A program made the translations under genes and the position numbers. DNA of 64,000 bases from the human T2T-CHM13v2.0 reference genome, Homo sapiens: assembly GCF_009914755.1 (NCBI RefSeq), contig NC_060948.1, one strand, 5' to 3'. Below the pieces are notes generated by a model. That model saw only the letters and a list, made by a program, of their open reading frames with translations, was not told the origin of the DNA and ran no database searches. How positions within the stretch are numbered: the first letter of the stretch is position 1; every line of letters begins with the position of its first letter. Positions 1 through 17,869 of this stretch are shown here, piece by piece.

Positions 1-616
1 TTACATAAAATATCATAATATAATATATATTATATTATTTCATATTACATAATATATATTACATATCACCCAATATAACTAACATACATAATATTATACT
101 ATAGATTATATTACGTTATATTAAATATCATATATATCATGTATCATATATTCTATAATATATATTACACATTATATAATATGTATGTTGTCTATTATGT
201 GATATATAACTATATATATAATTATATTTTTATACATATAACTAGATAAACATGCAATTTTACATATTTTCATTTATAATATGTAGAATTATATAATCAT
301 ATATAATTATTTATATTCTATAAAAAATTTTATCATTATATAAATTATAATATATAAAAATTATAATATGTACTACAAATATATATATTATATATCATAT
401 ATGATATAGTACCTTTGTTATATATCATAATACATATAAATGTGTATTATGTTATCTATAATTATATAATTTCATATATAAGATGTATAATATGTATCAT
501 ATATTATATATGTTATGTAATATATAGTATATATAAGATGACACAGGATAAATATTAAATACTATGACATATAAAATATATGAGGTTATATGTTACATAT
601 AAGGCATAGCACATAA

Positions 617-757
<141 letters not shown>

Positions 758-760
758 TAG

Positions 761-790
761 CTGGGACTACACCACACTGGGACTACACCA
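761..790. repeat. Internal 14-bp direct repeat (16-bp period) inside the Alu right arm, present in every unit
   Basis: ctgggactacacca-ca-ctgggactacacca. Confidence 0.95.
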
Positions 791-860
791 GCTGCCACCA
801 TGCCTAGCTAAATTTTTGGATTTTTAGTAGTGACAGCGTTTCACTGTATTGGCCAGGATG

Positions 861-869
861 GTCTTGATC
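861..869 (-). promoter_or_regulatory. Alu Pol III B-box-like motif (representative; recurs in each Alu copy)
   Basis: Minus strand GATCAAGAC fits GWTCRANNC at the canonical Alu left-arm position. Function is untested. Confidence 0.5.
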
Positions 870-931
870 TCTTCACCTTGTGATCCCCTTGCCTTGGCCT
901 CCAAATTTGCTGGGATTACAGGCCTGAGCCA

Positions 932-1500
932 AGATCCATATTTTTTAAATGAAAAAAAATTTCAAAGGTACTCTGCTTGGTACAATAATCAAATGTATAA
1001 ACTGAGGAATAAAACATAACCATGAAACCTACTTATAACTGCATATGGAAAATACAGAGGATAATTTTTTAAATAACATATTTTGAAAGCCTTAACTAGT
1101 AATTTGAAGAGTTGGCATTTGAAAGGCCAGTATGAATATACCTTCAAAGCAGCAACACAGGTTCCCCATGAGAAAAAGCAAACACAGGGAAAATAAAAAC
1201 ACAAAGGTTCAATCTCTTCTGACCTTTGAAAGACACAGCACAGACAGTGGTCCTTAGGACGAAGAGCAGGAGACCCCTAATTCCGTCACCATGGCGATAG
1301 GGCATAAACATTGCTGGGTGAGGGCACAATCCACATTGTGAGGTCCAACTGCTGCCAGGAAGACAGGAGTGCTTTTACATAGACCGAAAGGTCATTGAAG
1401 GCTCAGAGTTTTGTTTCAAGAACTGAATCCCAAGCCCACACGTTATTAGGCTGCGCTTCTTAAAACAAGTTATGAGATGGGAAAAAGGGCACCCACAAAC
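932..1500. repeat. GC-richer HSATI-like segment of the DYZ2 unit (representative; follows every Alu, ~570 bp)
   Basis: Complex, non-simple sequence between the Alu 5' end and the AT block, nearly invariant between units. The HSATI name comes from the known DYZ2 architecture, not from an alignment. Confidence 0.8.
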
Positions 1501-3059
1501 ATACGTATACATTATGTATATAATAATATACAGTATCATATATATAATATATATAACCTATGTATAATATTGTTTTACATCCTGCATCTTATGTTATATA
1601 TATTGTATAAAATATAATAATTGATAATATATAAGTTTTATAATTATACAATATGACATATAGTATATATTATAATTTATGACATATATAATATATGTTA
1701 TATGTCATATATAGAATATATTATACGGTTAATATACGTATTAAATATAAAGTATACATTCTATATATTGTATATAATATATCTGTTATATATAATAGCC
1801 ATTATGCATAATATATATATTATGTCTATGTTATATATAGTATAAAACAACATATAATAATATATAATTGTATATATAAAATGCGACATATAATATATAT
1901 TATATTTTATAACATATGAAATATATATTATATATTATATATAATACGTTGTATGTATAATACCTATATTAAATATATATTATATGACTATGTTAGTAAT
2001 TACATGTCACATGTGTTATATATTATATATTTTACATAGAATATACCGGTTACATACAATATATACTATGTTACCTATAATGTATTATTTATTACATGTA
2101 AAATAAAGAATGCAATATATTATGTATAATTTATAATATACCATATGTGGAATGTCATATATATAACATATAATATATGATATATGATATACAGTATATG
2201 ATATATAACATACAATATATGATTCCTAATACATATGGTATACAATATATATTTTATGATATGTATTCTATATGTTTTATATTCTGTTATATATAACTAT
2301 TTGAAATTATATATAACTGTATAATATTTTATGTAAATATGTAATATAATATATATAACTATATAATATATTATATATAACTATATATTATGTTATATAT
2401 ACTTTTATAACATAATTTACATAAAATATCATAATATAATATATATTATATTATTTCATATTACATAATATATATTACATATCACCCAATATAACTAACA
2501 TACATAATATTATAATATAGATTATAATATGTTATATTAAATATCATATATATCATGTATCATATATTCTATAATATATATTACACATTATATAATATGT
2601 ATGTTGTCTATTATGTGATATATATAACTCTATATATAATTATATTTTTATACATATAACTAGATAAACATGTAATTCTACATATTTTCATTTATAATAT
2701 GTAGAATTATATAATCATATATAATTATTTATATTCTATAAAAAATTTTATCATTATATAAATTATAATATATAAAAATTATAATATGTACTACAAATAT
2801 ATATATTATATATCATATATGATATAGTACCTTTGTTATATATCATAATACATATAAATGTGTATTATGTTATCTATAATTATATAATTTCATATATAAG
2901 ATGTATAATATGTATCATATATTACATATGTTATGTAATATATGTAGTATATATAAGATGACACAGGATAAATATTATATACTATGACATATAAAATATA
3001 TGAGGTTATATGTTACATATAAGGCATAGCACATAACATGTAATATATATCATATATAA
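1501..3059. repeat. AT-rich low-complexity block of the DYZ2 unit (representative; ~1.56 kb in each unit)
   Basis: Degenerate (TA)n, ATATAAT and ATTATAT motifs with very few G/C. It ends directly at the Alu poly-T. Confidence 0.93.
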
Positions 3060-3351
3060 TTTTTTTTTAGACAGAATCTTGTCCTGTTGCACAGGGTGGG
3101 GTACAATGGCGCCATCTTTGCTCACTGCAACTTCTGCCTCATGGGTCCAAGCGATTGTCCTCCCTCAGCCTCCCAGGTAGCTGGGACTACACCACACTGG
3201 GACTACACCAGCTGCCACCATGCCTAGCTAATTATTTGGATTTTTAGTAGTGACAGCGTTTCACTGTATTGGCCAGGATGGTCTTGATCTCTTCACCTTG
3301 TGATCCCCTTGCCTTGGCCTCCAAATTTGCTGGGATTACAGGCCTGAGCCA
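3060..3351 (-). mobile_element. Alu copy 2
   Basis: Near-identical to 640-931. Confidence 0.95.
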
Positions 3352-5456
3352 AGATCCATATTTTTTAAATGAAAAAAAATTTCAAAGGTACTCTGCTTGG
3401 TACAATAATCAAATGTATAAACTGAGGAATAAAACATAACCATGAAACCTACTTATAACTGCATATGGAAAATACAGAGGATAATTTTTTAAATAACATA
3501 TTTTGAAAGCCTTAACTAGTAATTTGAAGAGTTGGCATTTGAAAGGCCAGTATGAATATACCTTCAAAGCAGCAACACAGGTTCCCCATGAGAAAAAGCA
3601 AACACAGGGAAAATAAAAACACAAAGGTTCAATCTCTTCTGACCTTTGAAAGACACAGCACAGACAGTGGTCCTTAGGACGAAGAGCAGGAGACCCCTAA
3701 TTCCGTCACCATGGCGATAGGGCATAAACATTGCTGGGTGAGGGCACAATCCACATTGTGAGGTCCAACTGCTGCCAGGAAGACAGGAGTGCTTTTACAT
3801 AGACCGAAAGGTCATTGAAGGCTCAGAGTTTTGTTTCAAGAACTGAATCCCAAGCCCACACGTTATTAGGCTGCGCTTCTTAAAACAAGTTATGAGATGG
3901 GAAAAAGGGCACCCACAAACATACGTATACATTATGTATATAATAATATACAGTATCATATATATAATATATATAACCTATGTATAATATTGTTTTACAT
4001 CTTGCATCTTATGTTATATATATTGTATAAAATATAATAATTGATAATATATAAGTTTTATAATTATACAATATGACATATAGTATATATTATAATTTAT
4101 GACATATATAATATATGTTATATGTCATATATAGAATATATTATACGGTTAATATACGTATTAAATATAAATTATACATTCTATATATTATATATAATAT
4201 ATCTGTTATATATAATACCCATTATGCATAATATATATATTATGTCTATGTTATATATAGTATAAAACAACATATAATAATATATAATTGTATATATAAA
4301 ATGCGACATATAATATATATTATATTTTATAACATATGAAATATATATTATATATTATATATAATACGTTGTATGTATAATACCTATATTAAATATATAT
4401 TATATGACTATGTTATTAATTACATGTCACATGTGTTATATATTATATATTTTACATAGAATATACCGGTTACATACAATATATACTATGTTACCTATAA
4501 TGTATTATTTATTACATGTAAAATAAAGAATGCAATATATTATGTATAATTTATAATATACCATATGTGGAATGTCATATATATAACATATAATATATGA
4601 TATATGATATACAGTATATGATATATAACATACAATATATGATTCCTAATACATATGGTATACAATATATATTTTATCATATGTATTCTATATGTTTTAT
4701 ATTCTGTTATATATAACTATTTGAAATTATATATAACTGTATAATATTTTATGTAAATATGTAATATAATATATATAACTATATAATATATTATATATAA
4801 CTATATATTATGTTATATATACTTTTATAACATAATTTACATAAAATATCATAATATAATATATATTATATTATTTCATATTACATAATATATATTACAT
4901 ATCACCCAATATAACTAACATACATAATATTATAATATAGATTATATTATGTTATATTAAATATCATATATATCATGTATCATATATTCTATAATATATA
5001 TTACACATTATATAATATGTATGTTGTCTATTATGTGATATATATAACTCTATATATAATTATATTTTTATACATATAACTAGATAAACATGTAATTCTA
5101 CATATTTTCATTTATAATATGTAGAATTATATAATCATATATAATTATTTATATTCTATAAAAAATTTTATCATTATATAAATTATAATATATAAAAATT
5201 ATAATATGTACTACAAATATATATATTATATATCATATATGATATAGTACCTTTGTTATATATCATAATACATATAAATGTGTATTATGTTATCTATAAT
5301 TATATAATTTCATATATAAGATGTATAATATGTATCATATATTATATATGTTATGTTATATATGTAGTATATATAAGATGACACAGGATAAATATTATAT
5401 ACTATGACATATAAAATATATCAGGTTATATGTTACATATAAGGCATAGCACATAA

Positions 5457-5771
<315 letters not shown>

Positions 5772-7876
5772 AGATCCATATTTTTTAAATGAAAAAATAT
5801 TTAAAAGGTACTCTGCTTGGTACAATAATCAAATGTATAAACTGAGGAATAAAACATAACCATGAAACCTACTTATAACTGCATATGGAAAATACAGAGG
5901 ATAATTTTTTAAATAACATATTTTGAAAGCCTTAACTAGTAATTTGAAGAGCTGGCATTTGAAAGGCCAGTATGAATATACCTTCAAAGCAGCAACACAG
6001 GTTCCCCATGAGAAAAAGCAAACACAGGGAAAATAAAAACACAAAGGTTCAATCTCTTCTGACCTTTGAAAGACACAGCACAGACAGTGGTCCTTAGGAC
6101 GAAGAGCAGGAGACCCCTAATTCCGTCACCATGGCGATAGGGCATAAACATTGCTGGGTGAGGGCACAATCCACATTGTGAGGTCCAACTGCTGCCAGGA
6201 AGACAGGAGTGCTTTTACATAGACCGAAAGGTCATTGAAGGCTCAGAGTTTTGTTTCAAGAACTGAATCCCAAGCCCACACGTTATTAGGCTGCGCTTCT
6301 TAAAACAAGTTATGAGATGGGAAAAAGGGCACCCACAAACATACGTATACATTATGTATATAATAATATACAGTATCATATATATAATATATATAACCTA
6401 TGTATAATATTGTTTTACATCCTGCATCTTATGTTATATATATTGTATAAAATATAATAATTGATAATATATAAGTTTTATAATTATACAATATGACATA
6501 TAGTATATATTATAATTTATGACATATATAATATATGTTATATGTCGTATATAGAATATATTATACGGTTAATATACGTATTAAATATAAATTATACATT
6601 CTATATATTGTATATAATATATCTGTTATATATAATAGCCATTATGCATAATATATATATTCTGTCTATGTTATATATAGTATAAAACAACATATAATAA
6701 TATATAATTGTATATATAAAATGCGACATATAATATATATTATATTTTATAACATATGAAATATATATTATATATTATATATAATACGTTGTATGTATAA
6801 TACCTATATTAAATATATATTATATGACTATGTTATTAATTACATGTCACATGTGTTATATATTATATATTTTACATAGAATATACCGGTTACATACAAT
6901 ATATACTATGTTACCTATAATGTATAATTTATTACATGTAAAATAAAGAATGGAATATATTATGTATAATTTATAATATGCCATATGTGGAATGTGATAT
7001 ATATAACATATAATATATGATATATGATATACAGTATATAATATATAACATACAATATATGATTCCTAAAATATATGGTATACAATATATATTTTATGAT
7101 ATGTATTCTATATGTTTTATATTCTGTTATATATAACTATTTGAAATTATATATAACTGTATAATATTTTATGTAAATATGTAATATAATATATATAACT
7201 ATATAATATATTATATATAACTATATATTATGTTATATATACTTTTATAACATAATTTACATAAAATATCATAATATAATATATATTATATTATTTCATA
7301 TTACATAATATATATTACATATCACCCAATATAACTAACATACATAATATTATAATATAGATTATATTGTGTTATATTAAATATCATATATATCATGTAT
7401 CATATATTCTATAATATATATTACACATTATATAATATGTATGTTGTCTATTATGTGATATATATAACTCTATATATAATTATATTTTTATACATATAAC
7501 TAGATAAACATGTAATTCTACATATTTTCATTTATAATATGTAGAATTATATAATCATATATAATTATTTATATTCTATAAAAAATTTTATCATTATATA
7601 AATTATAATATATAAAAATTATAATATGTTCTACAAATATATATATTATATATCATATATGATATAGTACCTTTGTTATATATCATAATACATATAAATG
7701 TGTATTATGTTATCTATAATTATATAATTTCATATATAAGATGTATAATATGTATCATATATTATATATGTTATGTAATATATATAGTATATATAAGATG
7801 ACACAGGATAAATATTATATACTATGACATATAAAATATATGAGGTTATATGTTACATATAAGGCATAGCACATAA

Positions 7877-8191
<315 letters not shown>

Positions 8192-10295
8192 AGATCCATA
8201 TTTTTTAAATGAAAAAAAATTTCAAAGGTACTCTGCTTGGTACAATAATCAAATGTATAAACTGAGGAATAAAACATAACCATGAAACCTACTTATAACT
8301 GCATATGGAAAATACAGAGGATAATTTTTTAAATAACATATTTTGAAAGCCTTAACTAGTAATTTGAAGAGTTGGCATTTGAAAGGCCAGTATGAATATA
8401 CCTTCAAAGCAGCAACACAGGTTCCCCATGAGAAAAAGCAAACACAGGGAAAATAAAAACACAAAGGTTCAATCTCTTCTGACCTTTGAAAGACACAGCA
8501 CAGACAGTGGTCCTTAGGACGAAGAGCAGGAGACCCCTAATTCCGTCACCATGGCGATAGGGCATAAACATTGCTGGGTGAGGGCACAATCCACATTGAG
8601 AGGTCCAACTGCTGCCAGGAAGACAGGAGTGCTTTTACATAGACCGAAAGGTCATTGAAGGCTCAGAGTTTTGTTTCAAGAACTGAATCCCTAGCCCACA
8701 TGTTATTAGGCTGCGCTTCTTAAAACAAGTTATGAGATGGGAAAAAGGGCACCCACAAACATACGTATACATTATGTATATAATAATATACAGTATCATA
8801 TATATAATATATATAACCTATGTATAATATTGTTTTACATCCTGCATCTTATGTTATATATATTGTATAAAATATAATAATTGATAATATATAAGTTTTA
8901 TATTTATACAATATGACATATAGTATATATTATAATTTATGACATATATAATATATGTTATATATCATATATAGAATATATTATACGGTTAATATACGTA
9001 TTAAATATAAATTATACATTATATATATTATATATAATATATCTGTTATATATAATACCCATTATGCATAATATATATATTATGTCTATGTTATATATAG
9101 TAAAAAACAACATATAATAATATATAATTGTATATATAAAATGCGACATATAATATATATTATATTTTATAACATATGTAATATATATTATATATTATAT
9201 ATAATACGTTGTATGTATAATACCTATATTAAATATATATTATATGACTATGTTATTAATTACATGTCACATGTGTTATATATTATATATTTTACATAGA
9301 ATATACCGGTTACATACAATATATATTATGTTACTATAATGTATAATTTATTACATGTAAAATAAAGAATGCAATATATTATGTATAATTTATAATATAC
9401 CATATGTGGAATGTGATATATATAACATATAATATATGATATATGATATACAGTATATGATATATAACATACAATATATGATTCCTAATATATATGGTAT
9501 ACAATATATATTTTATGATATGTATTCTATATGTTTTATATTCTGTTATATATAACTATTTGAAATTATATATAACTGTATAATATTTTATGTAAATATG
9601 TAATATAATATATATAACTATATAATATACTATATATAACTATATATTATGTTATATATACTTTTATAACATAATTTACATAAAATATCGTAACATAATA
9701 TATATTATATTATTTCATATTACATAATATATATTACATATCACCCAATATAACTAACATACATAATATTATAATATAGATTATATTATGTTATCTTAAA
9801 TATCATATATATCATGTATCATATATTCTATAATATATATTACACATTATATAATATGTATGTTGTCTATTATGTGATATATATAACTATATATATAATT
9901 ATATTTTTATACATATAACTAGATAAACATGTAATTCTACATATTTTCATTTATAATATGTAGAATTATATAATCATATATAATTATTTATATTCTATAA
10001 AAAATTTTATCATTATATAAATTATAATATATAAAAATTATAATATGTACTACAAATATATATATTATATATCATATATGCTATAGTACCTTTGTTATAT
10101 ATCATAATACATATAAATGTGTATTATGTTATCTATAATTATATAATTTCATATATAAGTTGTATAATATGTATCATATATTATATATGTTATGTAATAT
10201 ATATAGTATATATAAGATGACACAGGATAAATATTATATACTATGACATATAAAATATATGAGGTTATATGTTACATATAAGGCATAGCACATAA

Positions 10296-10610
<315 letters not shown>

Positions 10611-12715
10611 AGATCCATATTCTTTAAATGAAAAAAAATTTCAAAGGTACTCTGCTTGGTACAATAATCAAATGTATAAACTGAGGAATAAAACATAACC
10701 ATGAAACCTACTTATAACTGCATATGGAAAATACAGAGGATAATTTTTTAAATAACATATTTTGAAAGCCTTAACTAGTAATTTGAAGAGCTGGCATTTG
10801 AAAGGCCAGTATGAATATACCTTCAAAGCAGCAACACAGGTTCCCCATGAGAAAAAGCAAACAGAGGGAAAATAAAAACACAAAGGTTCAATCTCTTCTG
10901 ACCTTTGAAAGACACAGCACAGACAGTGGTCCTTAGGACGAAGAGCAGGAGACCCCTAATTCCGTCACCATGGCGATAGGGCATAAACATTGCTGGGTGA
11001 GGGCACAATCCACATTGTGAGGTCCAACTGCTGCCAGGAAGACAGGAGTGCTTTTACATAGACCGAAAGGTCATTGAAGGCTCAGAGTTTTGTTTCAAGA
11101 ACTGAATCCCAAGCCCACACGTTATTAGGCTGCGCTTCTTTAAACAAGTTATGAGATGGGAAAAAGGGCACCCACAAACATACGTATACATTATGTATAT
11201 AATAATATACAGTATCATATATATAATATATATAACCTATGTATAATATTGTTTTACATCCTGCATCTTATGTTATATATATTGTATAAAATATAATAAT
11301 TGATAATATATAAGTTTTATAATTATACAATATGACATATAGTATATATTATAATTTATGACATATATAATATATGTTATATATCATATATAGAATATAT
11401 TATACGGTTAATATACGTATTAAATATAAATTATACATTATATATATTATATATAATATATCTCTTATATATAATACCCATTATGCATAATATATATATT
11501 ATGTCTATGTTATATATAGTATAAAACAACATATAATAATATATAATTGTATATATAAAATGCGACATATAATATATATTATATTTTATGACATATGTAA
11601 TATATATTATATATTATATATAATACGTTGTATGTATAATACCTATATTAAATATATATTATATGACTATGTTATAAATTACATGTCACATGTGTTATAT
11701 ATTATTTATTTTACATAGAATATACCGGTTACATACAATATATACTATGTTACCTATAATGTATAATTTATTACATGTAAAATAAAGAATGCAATATATT
11801 ATGTATAATTTATAATATACCATATGTGGAATGTGATATATATAACATATAATATATGATATATGATATACAGTATATGATATATAACATACAATATATG
11901 ATTCCTAATATATATGGTATACAATATATATTTTATGATATGTATTCTATATGTTTTATATTCTGTTATATATAACTATTTGAAATTATATATAACTGTA
12001 TAATATTTTATGTAAATATGTAATATAATATATATAACTATATAATATATTATATATAACTATATATTATATTATATATACTTTTATAACATAATTTACA
12101 TAAAATATCATAATATAATATATATTATATTATTTCATATTACATAATACATATTACATATCACCCAATATAACTAACATACATAATATTATAATATAGA
12201 TTATATTATGTTATATTAAATATCATATATATCATGTATCATATATTCTATAATATATATTACACATTATATAATATGTATGTTGTCTATTATGTGATAT
12301 ATATAACTATATATATAATTATATTTTTATACATATAACTAGATAAACCTGTAATTCTACATATTTTCATTTATAATATGTAGAATTATATAATCATATA
12401 TAATTATTTATATTCTATAAAAAATTTTATCATTATATAAATTATAATATATAAAAATTATAATATGTACTACAAATATATATATTATATATCATATATG
12501 CTATAGTACCTTTGTTATATATCATAATACATATAAATGTGTATTATGTTATCTATAATTATATAATTTCATATATAAGTTGTATAATATGTATCATATA
12601 TTATATATGTTATGTAATATATATAGTATATATAAGATGACACAGGATAAATACTATATACTATGACATATAAAATATATGAGGTTATATGTTACATATA
12701 AGGCATAGCACATAA

Positions 12716-13030
<315 letters not shown>

Positions 13031-15135
13031 AGATCCATATTTTTTAAATGAAAAAAAATTTCAAAGGTACTCTGCTTGGTACAATAATCAAATGTATAAA
13101 CTGAGGAATAAAACATAACCATGAAACCTACTTATAACTGCATATGGAAAATACAGAGGATAATTTTTTAAATAACATATTTTGAAAGCCTTAACTAGTA
13201 ATTTGAAGAGTTGGCATTTGAAAGGCCAGTATGAATATACCTTCAAAGCAGCAACACAGGTTCCCCATGAGAAAAAGCAAACACAGGGAAAATAAAAACA
13301 CAAAGGTTCAATCTCTTCTGACCTTTGAAAGACACAGCACAGACAGTGGTCCTTAGGACGAAGAGCAGGAGACCCCTAATTCCGTCACCATGGCGATAGG
13401 GCATAAACATTGCTGAGTGAGGGCACAATCCACATTGTGAGGTCCAACTGCTGCCAGGAAGACAGGAGTGCTTTTACATAGACCGAAATGTCATTGAAGG
13501 CTCAGAGTTTTGTTTCAAGAACTGAATCCCAAGCCCACACGTTATTAGGCTGCGCTTCTTAAAACAAGTTATGAGAAGGGAAAAAGGGCACCCACAAACA
13601 TACGTATACATTATGTATATAATAATATACAGTATCATATATATAATATATATAACCTATGTATAATATTGTTTTACATCCTGCATCTTATGTTATATAT
13701 ATTGTATAAAATATAATAATTGATAATATATAAGTTTTATATTTATACAATATGACATATAATATATATTATAATTTATGACATATATAATATATGTTAT
13801 ATATCATATATAGAATATATTATACGGTTAATATACGTATTAAATATAAATTATACATTATATATATTATATATAATATATCTGTTATATATAATAACCA
13901 TTATGCATAATATATATATTATGTCTATGTTATATATAGTATAAAACAACATATAATAATATATAATTGTATATGTAAAATGCGACATATAATATATATT
14001 ATATTTTATAACATATGTAATATATATTATATATTATATATAATACGTTGTATGAATAATACCTATATTAAATATATATTATATGACTATGTTATTAATT
14101 ACATGTCACATGTGTTATATATTATATATTTTACATAGAATATACCGGTTGCATACAATATATACTATGTTACCTATAATGTATAATTTATTACATGTAA
14201 AATAAAGAATGCAATATATTATGTATAATTTATAATATACCATATGTGGAATGTGATATATATAACATATAATATATGATATATGATATACAGTATATGA
14301 TATATAACATACAATATATGATTCCTAATATATATGGTATACAATATATATTTTATGATATGTATTCTATACGTTTTATATTCTGTTATATATAACTATT
14401 TGAAATTATATATAACTGTATAATATTTTATGTAAATATGTAATATAATATATATAACTATATAATATATTATATATAAATATATATTATGTTATATATA
14501 CTTTTATAACATAATTTACATAAAATATCATAATATAATATATATTATATTATTTCATATTACATAATATATATTACATATCACCCAATATAACTAACAT
14601 ACATAATATTATAATATAGATTATATTGTGTTATATTAAATATCATATATATCATGTATCATATATTCTATAATATATATTACACATTATATAATATGCA
14701 TGTTGTCTATTATGTGATATATATAACTATATATATAATTATATTTTTATACATATAACTAGATAAACATGTAATTCTACATATTTTCATTTATAATATG
14801 TAGAATTATATAATCATATATAATTATTTATATTCTATAAAAAATTTTATCATTATATAAATTATAATATATAAAAATTATAATATGTACTACAAATATA
14901 TATATTATATATCATATATGATATAGTACCTTTGTTATATATCATAATACATATAAATGTGTATTATGTTATCTATAATTATATAATTTCATATATAAGA
15001 TGTATAATATGTATCATATATTATATATGTTATGTAATATATATTGTATATATAAGATGACACAGGATAAATATTATATACTATGACATATAAAATATAT
15101 GAGGTTATATGTTACATATAAGGCATAGCACATAA

Positions 15136-15450
<315 letters not shown>

Positions 15451-17577
15451 AGATCCATATTTTTTAAATGAAAAAAAATTTCAAAGGTACTCTGCTTGGT
15501 ACAATAATCAAATGTATAAACTGAGGAATAAAACATAACCATGAAACCTACTTATAACTGCATATGGAAAATACAGAGGATAATTTTTTAAATAACATAT
15601 TTTGAAAGCCTTAACTAGTAATTTGAAGAGTTGGCATTTGAAAGGCCAGTATGAATATACCTTCAAAGCAGCAACACAGGTTCCCCATGAGAAAAAGCAA
15701 ACACAGGGAAAATAAAAACACAAAGGTTCAATCTCTTCTGACCTTTGAAAGACACAGCACAGACAGTGGTCCTTAGGACGAAGAGCAGGAGACCCCTAAT
15801 TCCGTCACCATGGCGATAGGGCATAAACATTGCTGAGTGAGGGCACAATCCACATTGTGAGGTCCAACTGCTGCCAGGAAGACAGGAGTGCTTTTACATA
15901 GACCGAAATGTCATTGAAGGCTCAGAGTTTTGTTTCAAGAACTGAATCCCAAGCCCACACGTTATTAGGCTGCGCTTCTTAAAACAAGTTATGAGATGGG
16001 AAAAAGGGCACCCACAAACATACGTATACATTATGTATATAATAATATACAGTATCATATATATAATATATATAACCTATGTATAATATTGTTTTACATC
16101 CTGCATCTTATGTTATATATATTGTATAAAATATAATAATTGATAATATATAAGTTTTATATTTATACAATATGACATATAATATATATTATAATTTATG
16201 ACATATATAATATATGTTATATATCATATATAGAATATATTATACGGTTAATATACGTATTAAATATAAATTATACATTATATATATTATATATAATATA
16301 TCTGTTATATATAATAACCATTATGCATAATATATATATTATGTCTATGTTATATATAGTATAAAACAACATATAATAATATATAATTGTATATGTAAAA
16401 TGCGACATATAATATATATTATATTTTATAACATATGTAATATATATTATATATTATATATAATACGTTGTATGAATAATACCTATATTAAATATATATT
16501 ATATGACTATGTTATTAATTACATGTCACATGTGTTATATATTATATATTTTACATAGAATATACCGGTTGCATACAATATATACTATGTTACCTATAAT
16601 GTATAATTTATTACATGTAAAATAAAGAATGCAATATATTATGTATAATTTATAATATACCATATGTGGAATGTGATATATATAACATATAATATATGAT
16701 ATATGATATACAGTATATGATATATAACATACAATATATGATTCCTAATATATATGGTATACAATATATATTTTATGATATGTATTCTATACGTTTTATA
16801 TTCTGTTATATATAACTATTTGAAATTATATATAACTGTATAATATTTTATGTAAATATGTAATATAATATATATAACTATATAATATATTATATATAAA
16901 TATATATTATGTTATATATACTTTTATAACATAATTTACATAAAATATCATAATATAATATATATTATATTATTTCATATTACATAATATATATTACATA
17001 TCACCCAATATAACTAACATACATAATATTATAATATAGATTATATTGTGTTATATTAAATATCATATATATCATGTATCATATATTCTATAATATATAT
17101 TACACATTATATAATATGTATGTTGTCTATTATGTGATATATATAACTCTATATATAATTATATTTTTATACATATAACTAGATAAACATGTAATTCTAC
17201 ATATTTTCATTTATACTATGTAGAATTATATAATCATATATAATTATTTATATTCTATAAAAATTTTATCATTATATAAACTATAATATATAAAAATTAT
17301 AATATGTACTACAAATATATATATTATATATCATATATGATATAGTACCTTTGTTATATATCATAATACATATAAATGTGTATTATGTTATCTATAATTA
17401 TATAATTTCATATATAAGATGTATAATATGTATCATATATTATATATGTTATGTAATATATATAGTATATATAAGATGACACAGGATAAATATTATATAC
17501 TATGACATATAAAATATATGAGGTTATATGTTACATATAAGGCATAGCACATAACATGTAATATATATCATATATAA

Positions 17578-17869
<292 letters not shown>

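Noticed and set aside
989-1204. Repeated 71-aa ORF (23 copies)
   Set aside because: TTG start, no recognisable domain, lies inside satellite DNA and is lost in the diverged subtype. Its conservation is explained by array homogeneity.
1144-1329. Repeated 61-aa ORF (26 copies)
   Set aside because: TTG start and short. Between-copy changes are often nonsynonymous, so there is no sign of coding constraint.
2286-2297. 12-bp palindrome gttatatataac near the centre of the AT block, suggesting a PATRR-like large palindrome
   Set aside because: The arms do not extend beyond 12 bp by eye, and short palindromes are expected in TA-rich DNA.
1501-3059. Numerous TATA-box and AATAAA-like motifs
   Set aside because: Expected from base composition, with no gene context.
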